Shown here: positions 51,201-64,000 of the stretch, one piece after another
How the letters are laid out: each line of letters begins with the position of its first letter
Position numbering within the stretch: position 1 is the stretch's first letter
Assembly: GCF_963921235.1 (NCBI RefSeq)
Contig: NC_086097.1
Location: 206,524,001-206,588,000 of the forward strand
DNA length: 64,000 nucleotides
Direction: 5' to 3'
Source of the DNA: Mobula hypostoma
Lineage: Eukaryota
The notes under the pieces: generated by a model
Told to the model about the DNA's origin: nothing
What the model saw: only the letters and a program-made list of their open reading frames with translations
The model's database searches: none
Made by a program: the position numbers and the translations under genes

Positions 51201-52489
51201 TATTCGAAGTAAGTGGAAGAGGTTACGAATGAATTGCTTTATAAGACACGAGTTGGGAAGTTTAATTCTAGGATATTAGTTGGAAACTTTAATATGGCCA
51301 GCCACCTGAGTCCCTCAGAGTGCCATCAACTCTTTTAATAGAAGTCAGCCTCTCCTATAACACTGTTCCCCGGTATTTTATTCTTTTCAGAGAACTAATG
51401 TACCTTTTAGGTGCATAGGAGGCACTCGATACAAAATAGACATGACGTCATGCATAAGGATGCTCTTCATCACAACTTGATATACAAATAAAGATTAAAC
51501 TTCTTGTGTATCAGGGTTATCAGACTGTTCAGTTTCCATATCTGTAATAAGGTCAGCATGTACTTAATATATCTAGTATTAGCTTATTTACAATTTTTAG
51601 TAGGAAAAGATCATATTGGAAATGTACTCTTCTCTCACAATATTAAAAAATTATATTGATTTATGTGGATACATTAATGCACATATTACAAAATACATTC
51701 TAAAGGATCACATCACCATCTGCTACATGAAGGGCTCCATTTTCAGTCACAAGATACCTTCTAATGTGCTAGACAGTTGGCAATCTTTGATTACCCTCAC
51801 TGAGCCCACTAACAATGTCAGAGGAATATTAAAACTAGCACTACTACTGTGGAAGGACATGATGCAGCCAGAACTATCATTCTTTAAAATGAAAATGCTT
51901 ATTATAAATAATATCACACACTCCACTTGAAATATATGTTCCTATGTTCAATGGAATGGAAGCAACTGGACCTCTCTCCTAACAGGTCTATTTCTACTTT
52001 GTGTGATCAAAAATTAGCAATTGATGTAACACATTTGCAATAGTTCATGCATTATGCCATCAGGATGCTTCTTATGAAAGCCGGCATAGAATCTATATTG
52101 CAGGTCGCAAGTTAGTCCAGATTCAATACATACAGAGTTTATATATCTTCTACAGCGAGGGTGGTGGGAGGGGGGGTTGATTTGTTTTGCTGTATCAATT
52201 CGGATTGTTATTCTAATATACTGCTTGACTGAAAGCTATGTATAAAACTAAACTGAAGGTAATTAACCCAAATAGTGCAGTCCCTGACAACATGTTATGG
52301 TGTGTTCACCACTCAGCTATTCAGCAGGTTAACATCACCAGTGAGGCTTCTGACCAATATCTTAGGCAGTTGATTGACCAATTGTGCAATAACTAGTTCA
52401 AGAAACTGAGGATTGTCAAGAGTTCTTGGTTCTATGGAAATAACTTAAATAAAAGAGAAAGAAATGTGGATACACTATTATTGTGTATC

Positions 52490-52925
52490 AGTTTTGTTCA
52501 CCTCAAGTTGTCTCGAAACACTTTACAACCATTGAAGAATTTGTTGAAATCTTTGCTGTAATGTAAGAAACATTTCAATCAACTTACATATAGAAATAAA
52601 GCTCTCACAAACAGCAAAGAAAAAATAATCTTATAGTTTACTTCTTTAGCAAATTCATTTGAGGGGGTAATTATTTTTTGGGATACTGGATATAAAATTT
52701 CTACTCATCTTCAAAATAGCAAATTATAGGACCATTAATAACCAGATGAAAATGATGAAAGACTCTTGGTTTAGCATCAATTTGAGATGAAATACATGAA
52801 ACAGTACTGTCCTCGCCCAGTAATGCTCAATGGGCTAGCCTGGATTCCCAGGCACAAATCATGAGAGAGGGATGTGAACTCCATGCCTTTTGATTTAGAT
52901 GCAATAGTGTGGCCAACAGTCACAA
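52490..52925 (-). mobile_element. Ancient DeuSINE-like remnant
   Basis: CTCACAAACAGCAA..CTCATCTTCAAAATAG..CTTGGTTTAGCATC..GCCTGGATT..GTGAACTCCATGCCTTTTGA colinear with the DeuSINE layout as recalled. Confidence 0.55.
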
Positions 52926-55194
52926 AAGACATCTTATTCCATAAAATCTTACTCCGTAAAATGTGAAAGTGGATTGAGACATCTTACTCTGGGAAACAGA
53001 GTACTGATTGAGTGTTTAATCTAATTTTGTAAAAAAAAATGCATTCATAGTATTGACTTGCCCTTTATCTTTCAACTTGTACTTTGTAATTCCTTGTTTT
53101 GTGACTATTGAATTCAAAGAATTCCCTCCATATCTTTGATTGAACAACAGATCAATAACTTTGTAAAACAATATGAGCCAATGCAAGTTAACAATCTAAT
53201 ACATTTACATTTGTAGCAGCAAATATGAGAATCATTACTGTTAAATTAGGGATAAAATCTGATATATTTAGGCAGAGGATTTGTATTTTGAGTCAAGTTG
53301 TCTTGCTAACAAGATTATCTCTATAATATTACAAACTTTTTGATTTTCTGTTCAACCCTTTTGGTAAATTTTATATTTGGAATTATATTTTTATTTTACA
53401 AATAGCCAAGCATGCAACGAATAAACTTTTAGTTGTGAGAGCAGATGTCTCAAACTCAGAAATAAATCAGCATTTAGTGAATTTGTACTGTCTGATATTC
53501 AAAAAGAAATCTTCAAAGATAAAGTGTTTTCATGCATCATACTATTTCGTGTATTTGGGATAAGATTATGACTGTTACATATTGTAGTTAGTGTCTAATG
53601 TAAAGAGACAAATTAGAAGTTACAGTGAGCACAAACTAATAAACTTTCCCAATCAATAAGCAGAAGACTGGCACCAAGGACAGTTCCCTTAAAGTTAAAA
53701 CACCTACAATGCTTTCAAAAACATGCCTTTAATGGAACCAGTTTTATTTTTCCTGCATACCCCTTTAGTTTAGTGTATAATGTTCAGATAATCAAGAACT
53801 TTTGTATGTTAAAAGGACAGGAACTAGATATATACTTTGACTGGGGATTCAATGTTGCTCTTTCTTCCAAATTATTTTACTGGCTAAATGAAATGTAATC
53901 TCTAATTCAAGTGTTGAAGAAGAAATAATCACCAATTATGTTGCATCCATATGGAACACAAAATAATATTTACATTTACATGGTAAATAATACAAAAGCT
54001 CCGTACATTGCAAAAACTATAAGTAGTGAATTCAACTTATCCGGGTACAATGAGTTATAGGTTAACTTGTATAAAAAAGATTTCATCAGCTTTATATAAA
54101 AAATAAGATTTTCTTTAGTTTGACATTAAACATGTATTTTTCATGTATGAGCTGGTTTCACTTTGCCATTCTTCAGACTAGTCAGATAGGAGTTATATTT
54201 GTAACCGTAAAATAATGAGTTTGAACATTATCGTACCATTATTTACGAACTGTGCCAATTAGCTTTAATTTTATTTTTTTAAATCTATGGTGTTTTGGTA
54301 ACAATTTTTAAATGTTGTATGATATCTTTTGAAAAACATGCATATAATGGGACATTAAGTTTGAAAAGACTGCATTTGCAACATATAGTACATATGATGC
54401 ACCTTATAGCAATATGAACTGTACTTTGAAATTCAGAAAAAAACTGTGCCATATATTAAAGCCAAACAGTTGGAATCACAGCATTTGTTAACTAAACAAA
54501 CTTCCTGTCTAATAATAATGATAATCACTGATTCCCTAGTCACCAAAAGACAATCAGACAACTGAATTTTAGCTGCATTTCTTCAGAATATATTTTTCTT
54601 CCTTTTACTCTTTGACCTAAGGCTAGTTTTTTATTCCCATTATTGTGGTGCTGTGATAAGCCATAGAAGTCTATTCAGAAATGTACTAAATAGGTCATCC
54701 ATTGATGCAGTACTTAGTCAAAAACATTCTGTGGTATGATTTCCCTTCTTCCAACAACAGAGACAGAGCCTGACTTGAGAAACAAAGGTTTTCTCAATGT
54801 TTAAGCATAACTGCAAAAGAACCATCAAAACATTCCAATGTTTGTTCATAAGTACTAAAGGAACAGTGTTTAAAAAAAGTTGCAATAATTTCACATTTCC
54901 TTTTTCTAATACCCGATTAAAGTAATGAGAGTAGTATGTTTTACAAATTGCATTTCACAAAGCTTTCATTCTACTTATATTTAGTAAATTACTGACAATT
55001 AATGTGCTAGGTTTAAAATTAAATTTGTAAAATTGTATGTCCTCTTTGCTCTCACATATATGCTAATATAATTTTTACAAATGTTATTTTCTCTTGATAA
55101 AATTAAATCAAAGTATACATGTTAGTATTTTCACTCCGAACCAATACAAAATCAAAGTTTAATCTAAACCCAGCACATGCTTCACACCTCTTAC

Positions 55195-55305
55195 TTTTTC
55201 ATCTGCTTGTACTGAAGCTGTAGCAGTCCCCAAGTTGCGATATCCAGTGCCTTTGACTGCATAGAGATAAGCACCTGCATTTGTGTGGATTTCTACGTCA
55301 TACAT
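55195..55305 (-). CDS. Candidate coding part of an alternative first exon (37 aa)
   Basis: GGGATG start after an in-frame TGA; MYDVEIHTNAGAYLYAVKGTGYRNLGTATASVQADEK|gtaaga, phase 0; no homology recognised. Confidence 0.3.
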
Positions 55306-55452
55306 CCCTATTCATAGCCCTCAATATTCTACATTTGCACATCAACAGCCTCACACACAGATTGCGGCTCTGGGCCCAAAACTTTCACTTTAATTTTCAT
55401 CACATGATTGCTGCAGCATATGTCCTTCCAAGCTTCCCATATATCAGTCATC

Positions 55453-55557
55453 ATGCAAATGAGATAGAATATTACTCCTCTACAGCAGATGGCCAGGGAA
55501 GATAACAATGGCTGAAGAGGGGAGATTCAATGTCCCTGACTTTATTGCCACGGCAAC
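55453..55557 (-). promoter_or_regulatory. Motif cluster: octamer, bHLH E-box, RFX X-box
   Basis: ATGCAAAT 55453-55460; CAGATGG 55486-55492; ATTGCCACGGCAAC 55544-55557 (near-palindromic X-box). Confidence 0.35.
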
Positions 55558-57739
55558 AACAATCTAAAATATATATATAATGGAAGCTGTGTTGATTAAT
55601 TTTGTTGACTCTAGTATTCTGATTTTGTGAGTGAATGGGCTCAGTTAAAAAGGTGCTGCCAACTAATGTCCCTAGAAGACTATCTATAAAAGCCAGGGAC
55701 TAGGATATTATTTCCAGTGACTAACAAGGCAACAGCCTCGCAATTATTTGAGAAATTAGGAGTAATTCCTCCCTGTAGGCCTTATATCCCTTCTGTGCTC
55801 GGAGTCTAGAAGCACATGTATTTGACAGACCTAGATTAGACATTGAAAAGAAAAGTGCCTAAAGACATTGCTACAGAACTTGCACACACTACACCCTTGT
55901 GATATGGCATCAGGAATCCAACATGCTGTGTAAACATAAGCCCCCAGCCAAAAGTAAATAATGGCAGCACTCCACATACACGGGTCAATTAGAATGACAA
56001 AGCCTACCACACACTTATGGGTGGAGCTGAAGCTTTTGAAGCACAAGGCTCTGAATGAGTGGCACACTTAATGGCCTTTCTGGAGCAGCAAGTATTTCCA
56101 TTACCAGCTGTCACTGTGGGACACCAGTACAAGCTTGTCTCCGGGTTACAAGCTTCCTCCCTGGAGATTAATGTGCACACCAAGTCCACGGCAAGTTTTT
56201 AACCTTTTCAGTGCTAAATATCTGCATTAAACATGTTTTTCAAAATGCCTGTAGTGGATCCCATGTTAGCCAGTGACAAGCAATATCAATGGACATGCCC
56301 ATGTGCCAGATTATTCTGTTCTCTTGGCTGATCAACGGGCTGGTGATAATAAAGATGAAAATAAAGGAGAGGTTTAACTGTGTAAATTTGCCTTTCTCCT
56401 CATTCTCTACTTCTACCCCAATCTGGAAAAGGGACAAAAGAGAAGAAATGTTTGTAGGTGGTCAGGAATGTTACTGATTAGAAAAATTGGAAGTAATTTA
56501 GTCCTTAAACTTCATGTGGTTTAAAAAAAAGTCATTTTCTCAGCATGATTTTAAAAACACAGAACCACATCCAGCATGCAACTCATTAAACAGCACACTA
56601 TCTAATTCCTGGCCTGGGTCTTTGTTTTATTCTTGGGTATAGGAATATTGGGTGGATAAAATATGGAAACACTGAACAAATTTTTATCATTGGAACCTGA
56701 AATGGCTAAATCGATGAATTTAGGAATAATAGATAGTACAGCAGTGGATTAAAACTCTCAAGAGTCATTTGCCTGAAAAGTAGTCACAACAAGCACTCAG
56801 TTGCACCCACCTACCTGATCTATGAATCACAGTATAAAAGTCAGGATAAAAGATTTAAAAAATGCCTGAATCATTTTTATTTTGTGGGCACTAGAACCAA
56901 ATAACAAGAGGCCGAGTTAGAGACCTTTCTAAATGCTGGTACGATTCATTTTAATTGAGTAGCCTAAGCAGATGCAGAATACTAAGTAGAACTCTCCATT
57001 AGCCTCAGCACAAAACCAGAGACCTTATTCATTTTTGATTTAGGCAACTGATGTGATTTAGAGCTCAATTTTCAGCACATGGTAGTAAGCACAGAAACAA
57101 GAAAAGAATCGGGTCCAATTTTCCTGATTTATATCCACGCACACTCTGATTATTCTCCTTCCGGAGTGGAGAGCAAAATAAGATTATTCAAATTTATCCA
57201 TCCCATCCTTGCAAGCCATGAATAAGTATGTGCAGGCCCCTCTTCAAGTTCAAGAAGTCATTCCCCAAGTGTCTTAAAGCAAACTCTGAATTTCCAATTC
57301 TGAACACAAGTGTAATATAATTACCTCTTAAAGCAATATTTTAAATGGTTACTTCTGTAAAATGAGCCCAATTTCAGACCTGCATTCTCAAAAAAAGAAA
57401 AGGATTCAGGAACTTGTTTTCAACTGGCAAAGTAGAAAGATGGTTAGGTTCAGAACTTCAATTATCCCCCCAAACTGTAGGGAGAATCACATTTTCAAAG
57501 CCCATGGGTCTATGAGGGCATTACATTACAATGATTATTTACTTCACAACTATGTAGGAAGAATTTACCTTTAACCTGTTTTAAACAATCAAGCAACCTG
57601 GGAAAAATACTTTGACAGTTTCCAAAGTTTATTTCCACTTCCAATGGCCATTTTATTAAATCTTCTGAAGTGCTTTTTCTTCCAAAACTGGTTCTGGTCT
57701 ACAAACATTTGTAGATGATGCCAGCGATCAATGATTCCT

Positions 57740-58180
57740 CAGATGACATCTTCAGATAGCCTATCATTTCAGTTTTTCTACATTTTCTACTTAATCTTTT
57801 TCTCTTAACTTTGTTTTTGAATCTGTTGTAGCCTGGAACTAACAGCCTGTAGTTCAATCAAGTGAGCTAGCACTCTGCTGTCCCCGTGAAAACTCCAGAA
57901 GAGAAATGTAAACACGAGCTACCATGTGGAGAAGTTCAGAGATGAGGTGATGGTTCATGCTCAGTTAGGTTTCTTGCTGATTGTTTGGGGTTTGTGTGTT
58001 TTTGTTTTTTTCATGTGGGGGGGTGGGAAGGGTAGTGGAATTGATGTTTTTCTTTCAACTGATTCTATGATTTCTATATTTTATGGCTATCTGGTGAAGA
58101 CAAATCTTCAAGTTATTTTGCATACATACTTTGATAATAAAATGAACCTTTGAATCTTTAAACCTTTTGAACCTTTGCTT
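57740..58180 (+). mobile_element. Decayed non-LTR element with a short-repeat tail
   Basis: AATAAAATGAACCTTTGAATCTTTAAACCTTTTGAACCTTTG tail. Confidence 0.5.
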
Positions 58181-58809
58181 TGGTTTTCGGGGATTTGTTT
58201 TTTATTCTCAACTCAGAATTTCCCCTTAACCCAGCAAACATTCATTTGCTTAGTTCTATGACTGGAGAGTTGGAACTGTCCAGTCAGTAAAATAAGCACA
58301 TTGAAAATTATAAAGTGTAGCAATAAGCTGATTAACTACTGCTGCATTTGTCCTGCAGCTACTGTCCCATGCTGATGCCAGGTTTGAAATAGCCTAAGAA
58401 ATCTGCTCCAAATATCTTTCTCTGGTGGTCAAGAGAACTGTAGTGGTCAAGTGCTGGGATACATTCATAGAATCCTGCTGACTCCTCACTGTGATCAATA
58501 ATGTGGCAGGATATTACCTAAGTCGAATGATCTTGTTTTCTTTCGTTCATCAGATCAAAAACCTCATCAATTATTTCCACACCCATTGAGTCAACACCTC
58601 ATCACTAGAGGCAGTACAGCAATGAATGACTGATCTCTCATCATTTTCCTTTTCATCAAATATCATTCTTTCTTATAATTCAAACTCATTTTCTTGAAAA
58701 TAGTGGCTTTCACCACCATGCCTCTTTCAAACGTAGTCTATATAGAACATCCCTATATCTTTCAAATTCTATCACTACCCAGCCCAAAAAGTTACACCAA
58801 ATGGCAAGC

Positions 58810-61040
58810 TGACCTGTTCAAGTTTCACTAACTTACTACTGGCTCCTGATTTGAGAGGGAGAAGCTGAAGTCAGATGTATCAATATTAGAGTGGATTAAA
58901 GGAAACTAGAGAGTGGAGCAGGATAAAATTGATTGGAAGGGGACATAAGCAGGGATGATGGTAGAACAGCAATGGCTGGAACTTCCAAAACCAATACAGA
59001 AGGTGCAGGATAGATATTTCCCAAAGAAGAAGAGTTACTTTAAATGCAGGATGATGCTACTGAGGCTGACAAAGGAAATCAAAACCAACATAAAAGCAAA
59101 AGAAAGAGCATAAAATAGAGCAACAAGTATTGGGAAGTTAGACAATTGGGAAGCCTTTAAAATACAATAGAAGGCTAATAAAAGAAAAGCCATAAGGAGG
59201 GAAAGGATGAAATATAAAGGTAGGCAAGCTAATGATATCAAAGAAAGTATCTTTTTTTTCAGATACTTGAAGAGGAAAAGAGAGGCAGGAGTAGATATCG
59301 GATCATTGGAAAATGACGCCGGAGAGGTAGTATTGAGGGACAAGGAAATGGCAGATGAACTGAGTAAGTAGTTTGAAATAGTATTTACCATGGAAGACAT
59401 GAGCAGTATGCCAGAACTTCAGGAGTGTCAGGGGCTGAGATGAGTGCAGTTGCTATTACTAGGGAGAAGCTGCTTGGGAAGCTGAAAGGTAGATAAGTCA
59501 CCTGGACCAGATGGACTACATCTCACAGTTCTGAAAGAGGTGGCTGGGGAGATTGTGGAGGCATCGGTACTTATCTTTCAAGAATCACTAGGTTTTGGCA
59601 TGGTTCTGGAGATCTGGAAAATTGCAAATTCCACTCTTCAAGAAACGAAGGAGGCAGAAGAAAGGAAATTATATGCCAGATAGCTTAACCTTAAACTTTA
59701 GGAAGATATTGGAGCTGATTATGAAGGATGATGTCTCAACACACTTGGAGGCCCATGATAAAATAGGCCAAAGTCGGCATGGTTTCCTTAAGGAAAATCT
59801 TGATGACAAACGTGTTGGAATTCTTTAATGAAATAACAAATAGAATAGACAAAAGAGATTTGGTGGATTTTGTGAACATGGATTTTCAGAAGGCCTTTGA
59901 CAAAGTCCTGTACATGAGGCTGCTTAACAAGATAAAAGCCCATGATATTGCAAGTAAGGTACTAGCATGGATAGAAGATTGGCTGAATGGCAGGAGGCAA
60001 AGAGTGAGAATAAAAGGAGCCCTTTCTGGTTGGCTGCCAGTGACTAGTGGTGTTCTGCAGGGATTGGTGTTGGGACCGATTCTTTTTATGTTATGTGCCA
60101 ATGATTTGGATGATTTGTGATGGCTTTGTGGCCAAGTTTTCAGATGATATGAAGATAGTTGGAGGGGCAGGTAGTGTTGAGGAGCCAGCTAAACTACCTT
60201 ATGACTTAGATTAAGAGAACAAAGTGCAGATGGAATGCGTGTCTGGAAGTGTATGATCATGAACTTGATAGAAGCAACAAAAGTGTAGACCATTTTCTAA
60301 ACAGTCAGAAAATTCAAAAATCCGTTGTGCAAAGGGAGTTGGGAGCCCTTGTGCAGGATTCCCTAAAGGGGAACTTGTAGGTTGAGGAAGGCAAATGCAA
60401 TGTTAGCATTCATTTTGAAAGGACTAGAATATAAAAGCAAGAATTAAATTTTGAAGCTTTATAAGGCACTGGTGAGGCCTCACTTAAAGTATTATGAGCA
60501 GTTTTGGACCCCTTTTTTGAAGAAAGCATGTGCCAACATTGGAGAGGATTCAGAGGAAGTTCATGAAAATGATGCTGGGAATGAAAGGTTTATTGTATGA
60601 GGAGCATTTGGTGGCTTTAGGCCTGTACATGCTGGAATTTAGAAGAAGGAGTGGGGATCTCATTGAAACCTATTAAATGTTAGGTAAAACCTAGGTAAAG
60701 TAGAGAGGATGTTTCCTATAGTATAGTGTGGGGGTCTAGGATTGGAGGGCACAGCCTCAGAATAGAGAAATGCCCATTTACGATGGTCATGAGGAGGAAT
60801 TTCTTCAGCCAGAGGGAGCTGAATCTGTGGCATTCATTGCCAAAGGCAGCTGTGGAGGCCAGGTCATTGGCTGCATTTAAGGCGAAGATTGATAGTTTCT
60901 TGATTTGTAAGGTGTGAAAGGTTACGTGGACAGGGCAGGAGAATAGGGTTGAGAGGGAAATGGATTAACCATGATGAATTAGCAGTGCAGTCTCAATGGG
61001 CCAAATAGCCTGATTCTGTTCCTGTCTCTTATGGTCTTAT
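58810..61040 (+). mobile_element. CR1 LINE, ~2.2 kb, decayed
   Basis: DKSPGPDG, SRHGFLK, MDFQKAFDKV, SGVLQGLVLGPILF, RRNFFSQR; TCTTATGGTCTTAT tail. Confidence 0.93.
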
Positions 61041-61814
61041 TTCATTTGTTATGTGAACAGTTCAGATGTGTAATTAGAAAGTCAGCTGAATAGCAAGCTA
61101 AACTCATATTCTACATTCATCTCTTGCAAATACCATTCATTCTCATTTTGGTACATGAGCTACTTATTTTATCACCCAAACCCGACCAGAACTCCACAGA
61201 TGAAAACCACAGCTCCTACCTTTGTCAACTTACTTCACCAAATTGACTACATTGATTACTGCAGTTTATCTCTTATCCTTTGCCCTACACTTCTATTTCT
61301 ATATGTTCCCTGAACTCTGGGAGGGCAAATCATGCTGATGACTAGCCAATGGTTTTGTAAGGAAGCGTCAGTCTGCTGGAGTGTGCGCATCAATACATTC
61401 CACAATTTCATGCCTGTGGACTGCAGCAAGGAAATATAGGCCATTTTGGAATTCTGTAGGTCATGTGGATGCATCTGACTGCTCTTTCCACCCTTGACCC
61501 AGTGAATTAAGAGCTTTGCATAAGTTAATGAAACAAGGAGTCAAAGGCACTTCATACCCAATTCCCTAGTTTAAAGCCAATCAACATTTCGTCTTTCTAA
61601 CAACTAAAGTTGTCCACCTTTATATAAAAGACAACTTAAGGTAAGTTTTTTTTAGTTTTGTTTACTAAGTTGCATATTTATGTTTTGATTCATTATACAT
61701 AGTCTAATGTGCTTGATGTAAATCTATTTTTAATTCTTAAAATACTTTCAAAATCAGTTTTGACTACTGATATATTTATTAATTTATTAGAGACAGTTAC
61801 AAAAACAGCAAAAC

Positions 61815-62295
61815 GGGCTCTCAGTGATATGGCAATGTCAGCATCTTTACTCTTTTAAGAGTTTGAGAGGATTTGATATGCCACCGAAGACTCCAGCAAA
61901 TATCTACCGATGTACTGTGGAGATCCTTCTGACTGATTGCATTACTGACAGGTCCGATGGAGGCTCCAATGCACAAGATTGATAAAAGGTGCAGAGGGCT
62001 GTAGACTCAACCAGCTCCAGCATGGGAACTAGCTTCCTTGGTATTGAGAACACCTTCAAAAGACAGTGCCTCAACAAGGTGGCACCCGTCACTAAGGACC
62101 TTTACCATCCAGGATATGCCCCTTCTCAATACTACTAATGGAAAGGATGTACAGGAGCCTGAAGATGCACACTTAATGATTCAGGACAGGTTCTTCCCCT
62201 CTGCCATCAGATTTCTGATGCACTCGATAACTAGTATATCGTTATTCTTTATTTTGGCACTATTTATTGATTTTTGTTTATAGTAATTTAACATC
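61815..62295 (+). mobile_element. Rex1-type LINE 3' fragment, decayed
   Basis: Colinear with 13300-13760. Confidence 0.8.
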
Positions 62296-62299
62296 TTTG

Positions 62300-62434
62300 C
62301 CAAAGACCTTTAATAGCTCCTGGGAGTGGGGCCTCAGGATACAGCTGGAAAGAGTGCATGGGGCTGGCCAGGTTCGAACCCAGGACCATTCGCTTCAAAG
62401 TCCGGAGATGATGCTGCTCCACCACCGAACGGCT
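62300..62434 (-). mobile_element. tRNA-derived SINE (head at 62360-62434)
   Basis: Minus strand GCCGTTCGGTGGTGGAGCAGCATC..GGACTTTGAAG..CCTGGGTTCGAACCTGGCC with A-box-like and B-box motifs. Confidence 0.65.
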
Positions 62435-62511
62435 CTTGGAAGACATTCCACCTGCATTTGATTTTCTTATGGTCACAGGCTAGCATATCACAAAGTGAAC
62501 ATGATCTAGCC

Positions 62512-63434
62512 CCAAACAAGAGAAAATCTGCCGGTGCTGGAAATCAAAGCAACACATACAAAGTGGTGGAGGAACTAAGCAGACCAGGCAGCATCTATGG
62601 AAAAGATTACGTTTGAGATTTTGGGCCAAAACTCTTCAGCAGGACTGGAGAAAAAAAAGCTGAGGAGTAGTTTTAAAAGGTGGGGGGAAGAGAGAGAAAA
62701 ACATAGGATGATAGGTGAAATCTCAAGGGGGAGAGATGAAGAATAGAGCTGGGAAGTTGATTGGTGAAAGCGACAGAAGGCCATGGACGAATGAAAAGGG
62801 GGGAGGAGCACCAGAGGAAGGTGATGGGTGAGCAAGGAGATAAGGTGAAGCCGGGAAAAGGGGATGGGAAATGGTGAAGGTGGGGTGGGTGGGGGACATT
62901 ACCAGAAGTTCGAGAAATCGATGTTCATGCCATCAGGTTGGAGACTACCCATACAGAATATAAGGTGTTGTTCCTCCAGCAGAAGTGCGGCCTCATCATG
63001 ATAGTGGAGGAGGCCATGGATAGACATAACAGAATGGGAATGGGATGTGGGATTAAAATGCGTGGCCACTGGGAGATCCTGCTTTTTCTGGCGCATGGAG
63101 CGTAGGTATTCGGCAAATACTACATTGGGTCTCACCTATATACAAAAGGCTAGACCGGGAACATTGGACTCAGTATATGACCCCAACAGACTCACAGGTG
63201 AAGTATCACCTCACCTGGCAGGAATGTTCAGGGCCTTGAATGTAAGTGAGGGAGGAGGTGTAGGTCCAGCTGTAGCACTTGTTCTGCTTGCAAGGATAGG
63301 TGCCAGGAGGCAGATCAGTGGGGAGGGATGAAAGGACAAGGGAGTCGTGTAGGGAGCGATCCCTGTGGAAAGCAGAAAATGGGAGGAAGGAAAAGATATG
63401 CTTGGTAGTGGGATCCCATTGGAGATGGTGGAGG
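62512..63434 (-). mobile_element. Penelope-like element 3' part
   Basis: FAEYLRSMRQKKQDLPVATHFNPTSH; terminus matches 37515+; degenerate hammerhead at ~62610-62647. Confidence 0.9.
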
Positions 63435-63435
63435 T

Positions 63436-64000
63436 TTATACTTTATACTTTATGGTCGCCAAACAATTGATACTAGAACGTACAATCATCACAGCGATAT
63501 TTGATTCTGCGCTTCCCGCTTCCTGGATTACAAATATTAAATTTAAAAAATATTAAAAATAGTTAAAATTAGTAAATATTAAAAATTTAAATTATGAGTC
63601 ATAAATAGAAAATAGAAAAATGGAAAGTAAGGTAGTGCAAAAAAACCAAGAGGTAGATCTGGATATTTGGAGGGTACGGCCCAGATCTGGGTCAGGATCC
63701 ATTCAGCATTCTTGTCACAGTTGGAAAGAAACTGTTCCCAAATCTGGCCGTAAGAGTCTTCAAGCTCCTGAGCCTTCTCCCGGAGGAAAGGGGGATGAAA
63801 AGTGTGTTGGCTGGGCGGGACGTGTCCTTGATTATCCTGGCAGCACTGCTCCGATAGCGTGCCGTGTAAAGTGAGTCCAAGGACGGAAGATTGGTTTGTG
63901 TGATGTGCTGCGACGTGTTCACGATCTTCTGCTGCTTCTTTCGGTCTTGGACAGGACAACTTCCATACCAGGTTGTGATGCACCCTAGAAGAATGCTTTC
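63436..64000 (-). mobile_element. Rex1/Babar-type LINE 3' end (continues beyond the window)
   Basis: LPSLDSLYTARYRSSAARIIKDTSRPAN..LSSGRRLRSLKT..RFGNSFFP; (TTTATAC)n tail on + at 63436-63452. Confidence 0.9.

Noticed and set aside
41000..58000. Numerous 60-130 aa ORFs in AT-rich unique DNA
   Set aside because: No recognisable domains, and composition typical of random non-coding translation.
62360..62434. Possible tRNA gene
   Set aside because: A B box is present, but the acceptor and D stems do not pair properly and it continues into SINE-like sequence.

Overview
Vertebrate genomic DNA, most likely a cartilaginous fish (shark or ray). This is inferred from the repeat content: HE1/V-SINE-like and DeuSINE-like SINEs, abundant CR1 and Rex1/Babar LINEs, and Penelope-like elements. 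The window looks like a long intronic or intergenic region. I see no intact protein-coding gene and no intact transposon ORF; the recognisable ORFs in the track are decayed TE fragments or their antisense. About 1-40 kb and 58-64 kb are packed with nested TEs: a Tc1 element split by two LINEs and itself inserted in a hairpin MITE, a Gypsy element with a hAT/Buster and a non-autonomous LINE insert, and many Penelope-like elements (PLEs). About 40-58 kb is AT-rich, TE-poor and holds enhancer/promoter-like segments. Most striking are three independent fold-back PLE insertions (1.5 kb, 0.9 kb, 0.1 kb). Each has an exact 13-bp target-site duplication and the same one-sided ~35-40 nt tail, and the largest carries two intact minimal hammerhead-ribozyme motifs on opposite strands. 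A speculative chain of five small, phase-compatible minus-strand exons may belong to an unidentified host gene. TE boundaries were read by eye and are approximate unless a TSD or TIR is quoted.
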